A stretch of DNA of 64,000 nt from Massalongia carnosa (Eukaryota). Where the stretch lies: the NCBI GenBank assembly GCA_965645245.1, contig OZ287076.1, positions 1,240,001 through 1,304,000 on the forward strand. The letters run 5' to 3'. Under the pieces are notes generated by a model that worked only from the letters and a program-made list of their open reading frames with translations, searched no databases and had not been told where the DNA came from. Shown here piece by piece: positions 1 through 13,480 of the stretch (the stretch's first letter is position 1; every line of letters begins with the position of its first letter). The position numbers were made by a program, and so were the translations under genes.

Positions 1-706
1 TGGAAGATACACGCTGATGAAGTAGGCCACAATACCAAGCGTTACGCTTGAAGTGATGCCCGTGAATGACTGCAGATCTAATGAAGCTGCTAGAGACGTG
101 TTATATCAAGGAAGAAACATGCTTTTCACTCGTTTTCCAGAAGACGAATGCACACCAACGTTACTATGACACTCTTATCATATCAAATTGAAATAAAATA
201 TTAGTAATTGTATGCCGATTGTAAACGATCATGTTGAAGAACTGTAGCTTGCCGATGTGCATTTTCAGGTATCCAAAGGCTGGAAGGTTGTTACATTTCA
301 TCACAACTGGAGACCTACTGAACTCAAAGGTTTTCTCTTTATGTAACCACTCGGATAGCTTGCTAGTTTAGAGTCATGCGTAGGCCTACCTATCAATAAG
401 AACAGATTTCCCCTTATATCCTTGCTGGGAGCGTCTCCGCTAAGGTCCATCTGGAGTTCTGCAAAATTCTAACCTCTCCGAGGCAATCTCCTGGCTACTC
501 GAAAAGCATTTGTACATGTTTTGCCGCGAGCTTTTAACTATCAGAGTAAGTGAATCGAAGCATCAGCTCGGAATCCAATAAATTGATCACCAGAAGATTC
601 CTACCTAGCGTGAATATCCATTCACAGCCCTTTCTTTGTCAACATCCAACTTTCATCTAATATAGCCGACTCAGACCAAAACGCCTAGACGGTCATCTTC
701 ACCAAT

Positions 707-3700
707 TTAAAACTCAAGGGTGGTATCGTCTGTGTCCATCTCGTTCCGTTGTGCACTCAGACAATGCTGGTTTGTGATTGTGAATATCTCACTGTCACCG
801 AAGGATTCATCAACTATGTCCATAGTGGGGTTAGGGCTCCTGTTTTCCTTCTCCAACTCTGTAACCCCTTCTAGTGGAACTAATCTCTGTTGTAAAAATT
901 GAGTTGGGGTACATATATCCACATTTTGCGTAGTATCCCCGAGGCTCCCCAGGGGGGGTCGCTTTCCTCTTAGGATTATATCCCGGATAGATTTAACATT
1001 ATTAGAATTGGCAACAGCCCTTGCACGGTGAGATGGCGGAGAGTTTAGATTTCGATATGTCTTGGTACGCTTGGGTGTAGGCCCGCTCAGACTTCCTGTG
1101 CTAATTTTGGGGTCAGAACTGGTATCATATGGCAAGTGCTTTTCTTGAAAATTCGGAAATTGACTCGCGTCTCTACTCGGAAGGTCAGGTGCAAGTTGTT
1201 GAGGCGGCTTTGCTCCCATAACAGCCATGAGTTTGCTACTAAGCTCCTGAGCTTCCATAAATTCTTTCGCTCGCTTCTCCCGCTCATAGCGAAGAATGGT
1301 TAACTATAACATAACAAAGTTAATTAGACCTTGATCATGAGAAGCTTTCTGCTAGGAAGTGTACCTCTTCTTCTAACTTAGTAATGCTTTGCTTGCTTTG
1401 CTTAGTTACGAGAATGGCATTTTTGCTGACGTCATCCAATTGTTGCCGAAGTTCATATATTCTAACCTTGTATGATTCTATTTCTTGCTTTATCTATAAG
1501 ACCATTAGCTACCTTGTTTGAACACATCTACCTAGGTATTTTTCTTGTACCTTGTCATCCATCTCTGACAAGTATTTTTCGTGTTTAAGCCGCAATTTAC
1601 CATTTTCCGTTTCAAATGTCATGCTTGTTGTCTCGAGCTCTGCTTTTAGACATTCGAATTGCTTCTCGGATAGAGCTAGCTAATAAGGGTTAGTAAGAAG
1701 CTTTAAGAAATTAAGAACTTTCCCCCTTACATTCAACTGAAGGGCTGACTTGTCAATCAAAAGTTTTTCCTCGCGATTAACGAAACGATCAATTTCCGTT
1801 TTTCTTGAAGCTGCAAGCAATGAGGCTCTCTCTAAAGCTTCACCCTTTTCATGAAGCAGAGACTCAAGTTTAGTGATTCGCTCCTTGGAATCCGCGCCTT
1901 GAAGCTTCATTTGCTCCAACTCATCTGCAAGTTGGGTAGTATGATTTCGAAACTCCAGAAGCGCTGAATTCTGTTCCTCATACGCCTCGTCTCTACCTAT
2001 TAGAACTGCTAGATGAGATAGCTCTTGCTGTTTCATATTCTCCTGTGCAATTCTTGTAGCGTGCCCTGCATCTTGGGTTGCCTGATCAAATTCTTGTCGT
2101 AATAACTGATGGGTGCTCGCGAGGCTCTGCAGTTGTCGTCCGGTTTCTTGACCTTCTTTGATAAGCCGACAGTTCTCCGCTTCCAAAGATTCTAGCACCA
2201 ATGTACGTTCTCGTGCCTGTAAATCTAGTTCTTTGAGCTTTGCTTCAGAGGCTATTAGTTGTCTGTTGAGCTCAGCGGATCTAGATTTCTCCTCGCGGAA
2301 TGGACGCTCAGCCCCATCACAACGGAGTTCCAGGTCCTGACAGATCGTTCCGACCATCTTCACGGTTGCGTAGTATTGAGATTCACTAGATTTGGACATA
2401 GTTTCATGAAGAACATCCCTCCAGCCACGACTGAAAATATCCACTAATGGCTTGGTTTCAATTTCCTGCAACCAGACAGGATGAGCTACAGAAGCCGGAC
2501 CACCATGTTCGTAGAAATGACATGCAGAAGGACTACTAGAAATGCTCATCTGTCGTTCAAGAATAGCTGTAGCCACCGAGGCATCCACATTCAAAGTATC
2601 GTGATATGCACACAAGGAAGCCTTCAGGAACAAGTTACATATATTCCGATAAAGATCCAATCTGGCTTGCTGATAGCGATGAGGGCAGATGTTCAGCTTC
2701 TCGTGTGGGGCAGTGGTTGAGAAATGAGGGTTGAGGACTAAAAAACGAAGAGAATCCGAGAGCTTGTTCGATGAAAGCGAACACACAACCGCCTGCCTCA
2801 GAGTCGCAGAATCCTCTATTCTTATAGCCAACCCGGATGAGAGACTTAATGCGTTTTCTACTTGAGCAAGAGACTTAATAGTTGGCATATCTCCCGAGCA
2901 TGCCAGCCTGATCAAATCGCCAAGAACTGCACATACCGCTGGCTCATCCCATTGAATCTTCGGTGGATCAGCTTGAATACAAAACTTGGCTCAAATGAAC
3001 AAGGAATTTCTTACGACATATTTTCCGAAGATTGTGGGAGCAATGGTAAGTAGATCGGAAGACAAGAAAAGCGTTTGGAACGACGAAATAATCTCTAATG
3101 GGAGTTGTTCATCCTCTGTCAAGGTTACGATAAAGCTAAATGCCTGTTCGAAGCTTAGTGATTTTCTTTTTTTCTTTATAAGATACATCAGGCAGGCACG
3201 AACCGCACATTTAACTCCTCCCACGAGATCCTGCCGCAGAACCTTTTCGCAGATTTTCTTCACCCTGGCGCCATTCTTCAATAACCAAGATTTTCTCTCC
3301 CTAGTATCCATGACATCTAGTATCTCTCTAGAAATTTCCAGGCATTCGATCGCTTCAGCAACGCTAAGCATGCAACTCTGGGAACAAGCCTGAATGACTA
3401 GAGCCTGACTTTAGTCTTGACCAAGCTATTAGCAGAATTGTGAGGCACCTTTGAGAGAAACAAGATCCAACGTCTTGGCAGACCGCTTGGTAGTAAAAAA
3501 CTGTCGTGCAGAGCCAAACGATTCGACCGACTTCTGAACCACTTCACCAGGATTCGTAGATGAAGATGATCTATCATCAACCGCTGTCGGCCAGTCCAAC
3601 GGCATGGGATGTGGAAAATCCGTCGACGCTATCTTTCCCAAGATTGCAAGGCATATTAAATTAGCGGAGTGGTCTCCAGCTTCAAGGTTTTTGAGCATTT

Positions 3701-4503
3701 TGATTAATTCATCTTGCAATAGAACAAGCAGGTTGATCGACAAACTGCCGTGCAGTTCAAGCCTGAGCCCTTTGAAAACGACATAAATTGGTCGAATCGA
3801 ACTAATAGATGGAGCCTGAACTGCTCTATCTAGAAGTTTAATAATAAATGCTGGTAAGATGGCAGGTTCAGGGACGTCCAATGGAGCCGAAAGCAGAGCT
3901 GTGCATGTCGTTGCATACTGGTTGCTGTTCAGCGGATAGTCATTCTATTTAGAAACATACGTGCCTTCTGAAATCCAGCACTTGACTCTACAGCGTTCGT
4001 CAGAAGGGTATCGAGAAGGATTGGCTTCTGCGTAAAGACTGCGTCTCGAAATGGCACAACGCATGCTTGTCGGGCCGGTAGTTAGAACGAAGGATTTTCA
4101 AAAGGGGCGATGTCACCTCGTTAAATCAACGCACCCAGTAATCGTATGATGTCCAATGCGAACGGCGCACCGTCGGAACCGTCGAGCATAGCAGCTGCAA
4201 GTGCATCGATCTGGCACTGATTCCCGCGAGCCCAGAGCTGCAATGCATGCTGACTTGTACGACTGACAGCATCAAACAGTTTCTAGAGATTACATAGAGC
4301 GTATTAGAGAGCTCTATTATGATGTTTTGGATTGGGAACCATGACTTTATGAATGGTGTGGAAGTAGAGGGGGCGGCGCTGTAACCAGTATAGAGTAGTG
4401 CATAGGGTAGCTTCCAGGGTGGGCTGCTCACTTTCAAGCCGACACGGTAGGGTGACAGTAAAATGCGTTGTACTTCCTTTGATAATTGCCTCGTGTCATC
4501 CAT
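707..4503 (-). CDS. Multi-exon hypothetical protein with a long C-terminal coiled coil and low-complexity tail
   Basis: Chain of minus-strand ORFs (4503 MDDTRQLSKEVQRILLSPY, 3429-3881, 2991-3371, 1680-2915, 707-1258) separated by short GT-AG gaps; the 1680-2915 segment is rich in E/Q/K/L heptads. No family recognised; internal exon borders are approximate. Confidence 0.7.
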
Positions 4504-5041
4504 GATGGTTCCACTAACTATGGTAATTAGTCAATCGCGATGAGGGGAAATCATGCAAGTTTCTCGAACGGAAAGAAATGCCATTTGAGAGAGCACTTGC
4601 ACAGAGCGTGACAGGATATGAGGTTTTGACAACATGGAGCATGCACCTTGTTGCCAATCGCAACGGTAGCGTAGAGCAAACACGAGCCCCTCACCCTCTC
4701 TCTCCTGGCCTGGCACCTGGCACCTGGTTACCCTGTCAGTGCCTGTATAGTAAGCGAAAACGATTACTGGTGGTATGGCACGATTACAGCGTATCCTGTG
4801 CTCTGTACGGAGTATCTACTTCCAAATGTCTGAACAGGTGCTTTTGTACCCCCAAAAGTGTGGCCCTACTATCACGAACGGATTAGTGTTCAGCGTACTC
4901 TGTAATCGTTTCGGACCACCTCCTTTTCTTTTTCAATCCTACCGATCTTCCAGCATCCCGTCATCCCGTGAAAAAACGACTGGATGTAAAAAGAATGCCC
5001 ATCACGGGTCTGGCCGCCTCATTCACGCCATTTTAGGCGTA

Positions 5042-6863
5042 ACGTAATTTACCCTCATTCGGGTCAGCCCCCATTCGGGTCAGCCACCCAATCGGGTCAC
5101 CCCACCAAAAAAAAAACCTTCGCCCTACACCAAAGAAAAATATTACATTGCTTCCACCATCCCCAAAACTAACTAAAAACATCACTATCCATCTGCATTT
5201 CCTTCCATACGGCCTTTGCGAACTTTACTTTACCATTTAAAGCATGGTACCGTTCCTTTTGTTTGGCCAATGCTTCTTCCTTCCTCTGTTTTTCCTCCGC
5301 AATCGCCTGCCCTTCACCCACAGTCAGCACCCTCGCTTTAACACCCCCCTTTCTGGATGCTTTTTGACGTCCCTGAGCCTTTTTATCAATCAGTTCTTGA
5401 TTGGTGTGTCTTAGAATAACCCTATCAGCGACGGCATTCAAAGCAGTTGTTTTAAGCAACTCAACATGCGCGCGAAGAGATGGAGTTATACAGGATATAA
5501 GGGCATCGCTGACTTCCTGGATTCGCTGCTCCGTTTGGGGGGCATCGGTGACGGTGTTTGGATAGGTAGGAGGTGTGATAGGCCTAGGCAACTTGCCTAG
5601 AACATGCCCTGGATTAAATGGGATGAGGCCTGCCCCCCGCCATGCACCCATGATGTTAGTAGTAGTAATGGCCTGTTTCCTAGCCACCTGAATAAGGCGC
5701 AAAAAATCTAGCTTAGAAATAGTCACAGCCCCGTAACGTGATTGGCTGGAAACGAGTTGTTTATAGGCCTTAGATAAAGGGCCAAAAACACCGACATCCA
5801 GGGGCTGCAATAAATGAGTTGAATGTGGTGGCAAACAAAGGGTATGATTTTCTCTTGGGCACAAAACTCCATAAAAGGAATGGAGACGTGACTCTCATGG
5901 CCATCTACAATTAGCATCCTATACATGCCTCGTTCAGGTTTTGTATGCTTATTGAACACCGTTTGCAACCAATGAAGGCCTATCTCCGCATCCGTCCAAC
6001 CATTGGGACTGACCCGAACGGTATCTGCCTTCGTCTCCATGGCATCATACCATGCAGGTTGAACTTGGGCACCTTGGAAAATGATATAAGCCGGAAGAAC
6101 TGTTCCGTGGGATGATATGCACTCAATAAGAGAAACCCAGTCCCTATTTCCCGGATGCACATTGAATGGTGTTGTTGTTCCTTTGATTATGACCTTCGAA
6201 CTGTCTGCGATGCCCATAGCAAAGCCTTTTCCATCCATGTTGTAAGTATCTTCATCTGAAATCCCATATTTGACCAAGGTGGTCGTGTACAATTCGAACC
6301 AATCACGCAAAATTTCAGGACTACCAGCGTCCTTTCTGGATTGATCGAGGTTTCTATTGTATTTGATTTTGAAATCGGGATGCCTTTTCAGGAACTTTTG
6401 ATACTATTGACGACCCAACGGATTTTTGTCCCCTTTGGCGTTCAGGAGACTTCTGGCCATGCCTTCCAAATGTTGGATACGAGGCGGCCAACCCCATGAG
6501 GTCATCCGCTCTATCCAATCAATCAGAGCCTGTTCTTCGTGGACGGATAGCCTTTGGGCGGCTTGATGATAGTGTTTTGCGGCCCGCCTGCCTTTGAGCC
6601 GGGCCTGTAAAGTCGACTGAGGAACTCCGTAAAGGCGCGCTATTTCCCGCTGCGAAATGCCCGGATTTTTGGCTAATTCTTCGATAGCCAACTGTAATCT
6701 AGTAGCAGAGTCAATTGTAGGCATATTAATGGACATTTTATCTACAACTAATAGATAAATATATGGTGGTGGTGGATTTAAACAGGATAGAATTTTTTTC
6801 GGTCGCTAGATTTTAATGGGGTGACCCGAATGGGGGGCTGACCCGAATGAGGGTAAATTACGT
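5042..6863 (-). mobile_element. Fot1/pogo-type (Tc1/mariner superfamily) DNA transposon, 1822 bp, full length
   Basis: Terminal inverted repeats ACGTAATTTACCCTCATTCGGGTCAGCCCCC(C)ATTCGGGTCA at 5042 and, inverted, ending at 6863; TA on both sides (5040-5041, 6864-6865) as the target-site duplication; internal transposase. Confidence 0.95.
5169..6736 (-). pseudogene. Disrupted DD35D transposase (HTH-psq and CENP-B-type HTH plus DDE_1)
   Basis: HTH motif (SQREIARLYGVPQSTLQARL) and catalytic motifs YNMDGKGF, LIVDGHESH and HLLQPLDVGVF, with 35 residues between the last two Asp after frame repair. In-frame TAG at 6404-6406 where Trp is expected (LGRQ*YQKFLKRHP) and a 1-nt frameshift near 5840. Confidence 0.9.
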
Positions 6864-7079
6864 TAAGGTACAGACTAGCTGCGGGTCTACCTGCTTCTGG
6901 CTGGTAACCCTCTTTAGCTGGAGAGGTGTTTCTTTATTATGTCTCTCTTATATGATCTCAATGATGATAATAAGGCTGTATCTTCTTTGTACTAGTTTGC
7001 TGGCATAGATGACTGTACAGTTTTGCATTCGTACCATCTCTACAGTGTTATCATCCTACACATATGTAAATTGGTGGCA

Positions 7080-8994
7080 ATGATCTCTCGTCCTGTTTGG
7101 ACGCGCCTAACCTTCCCTCTATCTAGAAGTTATTATTCTCAATTCGAAGCCCAGTCTTATGCCCGCTTCGCCTGTTCTTTGCAGCGACCATATAGCAGCA
7201 GTCCAGCACAAAAACTACCATCAAGAAGATCATGGTCAACTGGTCGAGTACTGCTTATCTCGGCTTTTGCAAGCTCCTTGACTTATATATTTGGTGTTCT
7301 TCCTGCGAGGTCGCAGAGTCATCGCGTTGGGACAAGAGATGATGTTCCAAAGTACTTGTACGGGAGTGCTTCGGATCTTGCCCAGGCAGGCTTATACCAG
7401 AAAACTCAGCTCGTCAAACCACTAATGCATCTGAATATAGGCAATCGCAGAATTGCGTCAGCTGCTCTCCGAAGATGCTATCAGTACTGACAACGAAGAC
7501 CTTCGGATTCATGGCTTCTCTGAATGGTCGTCCATAAATATTGAACGACTTCCTGTAGCTGTGGCTTATCCCAAGTCAACTGAAGAAGTCTCCCAAATCG
7601 CCAAGATATGTTACAAATATCGCATGCCAATGATCCCATACTCAGGGGGCTCGTCATTGGAAGCTAACTTCTCTGCGCCGTATGGGGGCATGAGCGTTGA
7701 TTTCGCCTTTATGGACCAAATTGTGGCTGTTCATGAAAATGACATGGATATCGTGGTGCAGCCAAATGTGCAATGGATGCATCTGAACGATGAGATTAGC
7801 CAAACCGGACTTTTCTTCCCCGTTGATCCTGGCCCAAGCGCCCGCATAGGCGGCATGGTTGGCACAAATTGTTCAGGAACGAATGCTGTGAGGTAGGATC
7901 GTTGGCTATGGTTTAGTCATCGTATGACTGATGTATCTTGGCTAGGTATGGTACCATGAAAGAGTGGGTTGTAAATCTAACGATTGTCCTTGCAGACGGT
8001 ACAGTAATTAAAACCAAAAGAAGGCCCCGAAAATCCAGTGCCGGCTACAACCTTACTGGACTGTTCATAGGATCTGAAGGTACATTGGGCATGGTCACAG
8101 AAATTACTTTGAAACTAGCAGTGATACCTCAGGAAACCTCTGTTGCCGTTGTGACTTTCCCGACTATCCGGGATGCGGCCGCCGCGGCTTCAACAGTTAT
8201 GAGAGCAGGTATACCTGTTGGCGCAATGGAAATCATGGATGAAGTGCAGATGAACGTCGTGAATCGAGCGGGTGCCACAGGAAAGACTTGGAAGGAGGTT
8301 CCGACTCTCTTTTTCAAGTTCTCCGGTACTAAAACAGGTGTTAAGGATAACATTGAGATGGTGGAGGCCATCACTAAGCAGCATCGAGGCGGAGACTTTG
8401 AGTTTGCGAAAGATGCACAAGAAGGAAAAATTCTGTGGTCAGCACGCAAAGAAGCGCTTTGGAGTATGTTGGCTTTAAAGGAGGGAGGCTTGGAGCTATG
8501 GTCCACGGATGTGGCAGTTCCACTGTCGCGATTAGCTGATATTATTGAGATCTCGAAGAAGGAAATGGATGAGCTGGGGCTTTTTGCAAGCATCTTGGGT
8601 CACGTGGGGGACGGCAATTTTCATGAAAGCGTCCTCTACGATAAGACTAATCCTACAGAGCGAGCAAAGGTGGAAAAATGCTTGCACGATATGGTGGATC
8701 GAGCTTTAGAGATGGAAGGCACCTGCACAGTATGACAAGCTCTTTCCTAGAACGATGTTCGTGTAGAGCTAACATTAGCAGGGCGAACACGGCGTGGGTT
8801 TAGGCAAGAAGGAGTCCTTGTTACAAGAACTTGGACCTGACACAATTGACGTAATGCGAATGATTAAGAAAGCGTTGGATCCATATTGGCTGATGAACCC
8901 CGGGAAGATTTTCTCTGCTACACGTAGTGAAGTTTCGCACGACTCCATTAGGGCTACTGCTGCTTCGAGTTTGGATAGGCCGCAAGGGAAGTAG
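7080..8994 (+). CDS. DLD1: D-lactate dehydrogenase (cytochrome), FAD-linked oxidase, mitochondrial precursor
   Basis: [60 protein letters not shown] and MNPGKIF motifs; Arg/Ser-rich presequence; three introns, the first apparently GC-AG (7386-7440). Confidence 0.9.
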
Positions 8995-9526
8995 CAGCTA
9001 TTGGTTGCTTTATACTGGAGAACAGAGATAATGATATTGGAAGTTTGAGAAAGTTTACGCATTTATAGCTAATCAACTACAACCTACTTTAGCATCTGTG
9101 AACATGCATGCTTAAAACAACCGAATAGTCCGCTAGGGCGCTGCGAGATATGCTTATTTATCTCTTTCGCTGGTGAATTGGGACACCCCTTTCAAACTAA
9201 CTAGATCAGGCCTGATAACAGTATCGAGTCTCTATTATTAGTGACTCTGAAGCTAATGTTAAGCCTGACCTGGTTAGTCTGAAAGTGGGGTGCCAATTCA
9301 CCAGTGAGAGGTATCCGTGTCCCACACATCACTGGACTGCCTTGCTTAATCCTCTGGCTCAAAAACAAATTTCTACAGCTGTAGAAGAAACCATCGTTTT
9401 CCTCCCACTACAACATGACATGCCAATCAATTGTCTGTAGATTATATGTAATTTCTATTTATATATTTGGCTTTTCACTTTTTTGGAATCACAACTTGAT
9501 CTTATCAAATTCACTTCACATTTAGG

Positions 9527-10834
9527 ATGCCTACCCAATTCCCCCCCAAAAATTGTGGTTAGTCTTGACAAAATCTGACTTGAATACCTTTCAACGCTGA
9601 AATAGATCTGTCAATAGGTGTCCTGGGCTGTACTGGTTCTGTGGGGCAACGATTCATCATTCTTCTGGCAGACCATCCCCATTTTCGATTGCGTGCCATA
9701 GGGGCATCATCTAGATCCGCTGGAAAGAAATATAAGGAAGCTGTCCGATGGAAACAAAATGTTTCTATGTCAAAAGAACTGGGAAATCTAGTGGTAAAGG
9801 AATGCCGGTCAGAGAACTTCAGAGACTGTGATGTCATTTTCTCGGGGCTTGACAGCGATGTTGCTGGGGATATTGGTGGGTTTCTGCGATAATAAAAATG
9901 TGCAAATCTAACACTATGGATCTTCAAGAGCTGGAATTCATGAGGGCGAACTTTGCTGTGTTTTCCAACGCCAAGAACCACCGGAGGAACCCCCTGGTGC
10001 CATTAGTTGTGCCAACTGTTAATCTTCCTCATCTTAACCTAATACCCCACCAGCGACGGAATTATGGACAAGACAAGGGTTTTTTGGTCTGCAACTCAAA
10101 CTGCGCCGTCATTGGCATTGCTATACCCTTTGCAGGCATCCAGGCCAAATTCGGCCCTGTCGATCAAGTGTCTGTGGTTACTTTACAGGCAGTATCAGGC
10201 GCAGGATACCCTGGAGTGAGTAGTATGGATATACTGGATAACGTCGTTCCATTTATCTCAGGTGAAGAGGATAAGTTGGGTTCTGAAGCACAGAAAATTC
10301 TTGGGACTATCAATGAAGAAGCGACAGCCTTAGAGAAGCAATCGGGTCTACGAATATCAGCTGCTTGCAACCGAGTTGCAGTTTTGGATGGCCATACAGC
10401 CTGGTGAGATGATTTGGCTCGTAAAATCCGTTCCAGCTAATGTTTAAAAGTGTCTCGCTGCGGTTTGTAAGAAGACCACCTCCTTCTGCACAGGAGGTCA
10501 AGCAAGCCATGAGGGAATATGTCTCTGAGGCACAGTCTCTAGGCTGTCCATCTGCGCCAGTGAATGCTATTGTGGTCTTTGATGAGGATGACAGGCCGCA
10601 GCCAAGGCTCGATAGAGATTTACAAAAGGGATATACGGTGAGTGTGGGTAGAGTGCGAGAGGATGATAGCGGTATTTTTGATATCAAGTTCGTAGTGTTG
10701 AGCCATAATAGTAGGCCACGTCTATTATCCAAGACTTAACTTGAGGGTTCTGCTAACATTCATTAGCTGTAATTGGAGCTGCTGGTTCTTCGATTTTAAA
10801 CGCAGAAGCTGCTGTGTTGAAGGGTTTTATATAG
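9527..10834 (+). CDS. HOM2: Aspartate-semialdehyde dehydrogenase
   Basis: [21 protein letters not shown], catalytic [24 protein letters not shown] and [15 protein letters not shown] motifs across five exons. Confidence 0.95.
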
Positions 10835-11134
10835 TCGTTGTATCGCCTTACATAATCGTTTAGCAGAAAACATACAAACCTGTATATACAGTCATTGTCT
10901 TTTATGTTTCCGCCCCCATAAGGTACTCTATAGGTGGTACATTAGGTATTTTAACTCTTGGAAATCACGGAGCCCTTGCCCTTGAATTACCCCCGATAAA
11001 CACGTGACATGACTCGCTAAACTCCCACATTCGCTTATTGTTGGCTCGATTTTTGGGTGCCCATTTACGAAGCAGGTCCATGATACAGTTTATAACAGCA
11101 TCCACCACTGACCTAAGCCTATCACATCAAAATA

Positions 11135-12277
11135 ATGGGTCGTGGACCGTGAGTATTCTCTTATATCTTTCTTGGAGTAATGGAATAGCAAACCTAGCCT
11201 CCTTCAATGCTGTTACCCTTTAATAGAGTAGAGGATTAATGCCTCCGAAGCAAAGATTTGACGAATACTGCTAATGCACTTGATGGATTGACAGGAAGAA
11301 ACACCAGAAGCGCCTCAGTGCGCCATCACATTGGCTCCTTGATAAACTCTCCGGTGCCTATGCGCCTCGTCCGTCAGCAGGGCCACATAAGCTTCGCGAC
11401 TGCATGCCTCTCATCGTCTTCATTCGAAATCGGTCAGTATTGTCTCGAAAATCCTCCTGCAAGGTTACTAATATTTCTTCTCCGATAAGATTAAAGTATG
11501 CTCTAAACTCCCGCGAAACAAAAGCCATCGTCATGCAGCGGCTCATCAAAGTCGATGGCAAAGTCCGTACCGATGTGACCTATCCCGCTGGCTTTATGGA
11601 CGTTATATCGATCGAAAAGACTGGAGAGAACTTCCGCCTAGTTTATGATACCAAAGGACGCTTTACTGTTCATCGCATCACACCTGAAGAGGCGGAATAC
11701 AAGCTGGCAAAGGTCAAGAGAGTCCAATTGGGCAAGGGCGGACTCCCATTCTTGGTTACGCATGATGCGCGAACGTAAGTTTGCTGCGTTGATTCAGCCG
11801 TTGGACCAAGATTTGGTGGTAGTCCAGAGAATACCTGCTAATGGCAAGGTTTTATGCTGCTAGAATTCGGTATCCTGATCCCGCCATTAAGGTTAACGAT
11901 ACAGTCAAGATTGATCTTTCTACCGGAAAGATTACTGATTTCATTCGCTTCGATACCGCCGTCGTTGCGATGGCTACCGGAGGACGTAACATGGGTCGTG
12001 TTGGAGTTATCACCCATCGCGAGCGCCACGATGGTGGCTTCAATATTGTGCATATCAAGGATGCCATTGATAACTCGTTTGCTACCCGGGAGAGCAACGT
12101 TTTCGTGATTGGGAGGGAAAAGCCGTGGATCAGTCTGCCAAAGGGCAAGGGTGTCAAAGTAAAGCTCTCTTCAGGATATGAGCCATCTCGTGGATATATG
12201 CTGACAGCGCAACTTGACAGCTTACAATTGCGGAAGAGAGAGATCGGCGTCGTGCGCAGGCTATCGCCCACCACTAG
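11135..12277 (+). CDS. RPS4: 40S ribosomal protein S4 (eS4)
   Basis: [42 protein letters not shown] and [13 protein letters not shown] motifs; four introns. Confidence 0.97.
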
Positions 12278-12517
12278 GGAAATCACGGTGATGACACCTG
12301 TCTTGGTGGCGAAAATATCTCATGATACCTTTTATCTTTATGGGTTACAAGGTAGGCTATCCACAAGCAAAGTCTTCGAACAAAAATGATGTGGCTCGAT
12401 TTCTCTACAGCGAAATGCAAGTAAAACTCGGACCCAACTGCGTACTTCCTCGTTCCATTTTCTCGGTGCGACGTTTCAGCCGGCATTGCCCCCTCCCCAC
12501 ACAGAGTCACCCAGTCC

Positions 12518-13043
12518 TCATCCACCTGAGGAGCCTTTCCCAAACCACCCTCCTAAATAAGCCAGTCTCGTCAGTAATAAACCAAACGTAATCCCAATAT
12601 TCCCCCACGCCACAGCGTTCCATCCCGTGACGTCCGTAAAAGGCCCATGACCCATTACACGATAGGTCACAGCCAAGTGTCCCACATCAGCAATCGCACA
12701 TGCGATTAGAAAGTTTCGAACCACCTTCAGCTCCGTAGTGGTATAGAGCACTGCGATCCCAATGAGCGCAAGCAAGCCATAAACGTTGCCAAGCTGGAGG
12801 ACAAGGATCTGGGAGGTGGGGGTTAGGGGCGCTGGGTGAAGCTGAGGAATTTGAGCGGAGGCAAAGCTGGAAGGATCAAGGGTCGGAATGAAGTAGCCAA
12901 GGAGTCTATAAGGAGTGTCACCGATTAGTTAGAAGCGGGGGGCATATGGAGGAGGATGAAAGAGAGGAGAAAACTTCGAACAGGGCAATTGGCTCGAAGA
13001 CCGTAAAGACGAAGCGAGGGAACGGAGGAAGTATCGTCGTCAT
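12518..13043 (-). CDS. Small conserved fungal multi-pass membrane protein
   Basis: ATG 13043 MTTILPPFPRFVFTVFEPIAL, one intron, then QLGNVYGLLALIG, IADVGHL and AWGNIGIT..RLAYL; about four hydrophobic segments. Confidence 0.75.
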
Positions 13044-13480
13044 AACGTTTTTGAGCAACAAAGTACAGGATGACAGACAGGGTAACGTTGATTGTATCCC
13101 AAATCTAATAAAGATTAGCTGCCAAGCTGATTTAAGCCTATTGAAGGTATCTGGTCGACTCTGTTGAACTGCCGTGCATAGGTAGCAAACAATCATCTTG
13201 CAAAGCATCTTGCACCACCGCATTAGGTCGTTCCCTAAACGGGTAGACCCGGAAGATTAAAGTTAGGGTTTCACTCTGTACATGCAAGACATCGTCAGGA
13301 CGTCATGACTCGCCTGAGCATCGCGCATGGGTGCATACCGAGCTCGCAGGTAGGCACTTGTTCCGTACAATAAGTACATAACTAGGTAGCTTACCGTGCG
13401 GCTTACCTCTGGACGGTTTGTAGAGCACCCCATGCATCGACCACCAACACCGACTGCGACTTCATCGTATCACCTGGACA

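Noticed and set aside
5042..5105. Short TCGGGTCA repeats resembling a small array
   Set aside because: They are sub-terminal repeats of the transposon TIR, not CRISPR; the sequence is eukaryotic.
8129..8593. Antisense ORFs over DLD1 (and similar ones over REV3, SLA2 and RPS4)
   Set aside because: Shadow ORFs opposite conserved coding exons, with no independent evidence.
13263..13271. TTAGGG telomere-like hexamer upstream of the telobox-like Myb gene
   Set aside because: A single hexamer is expected by chance and cannot support autoregulation.
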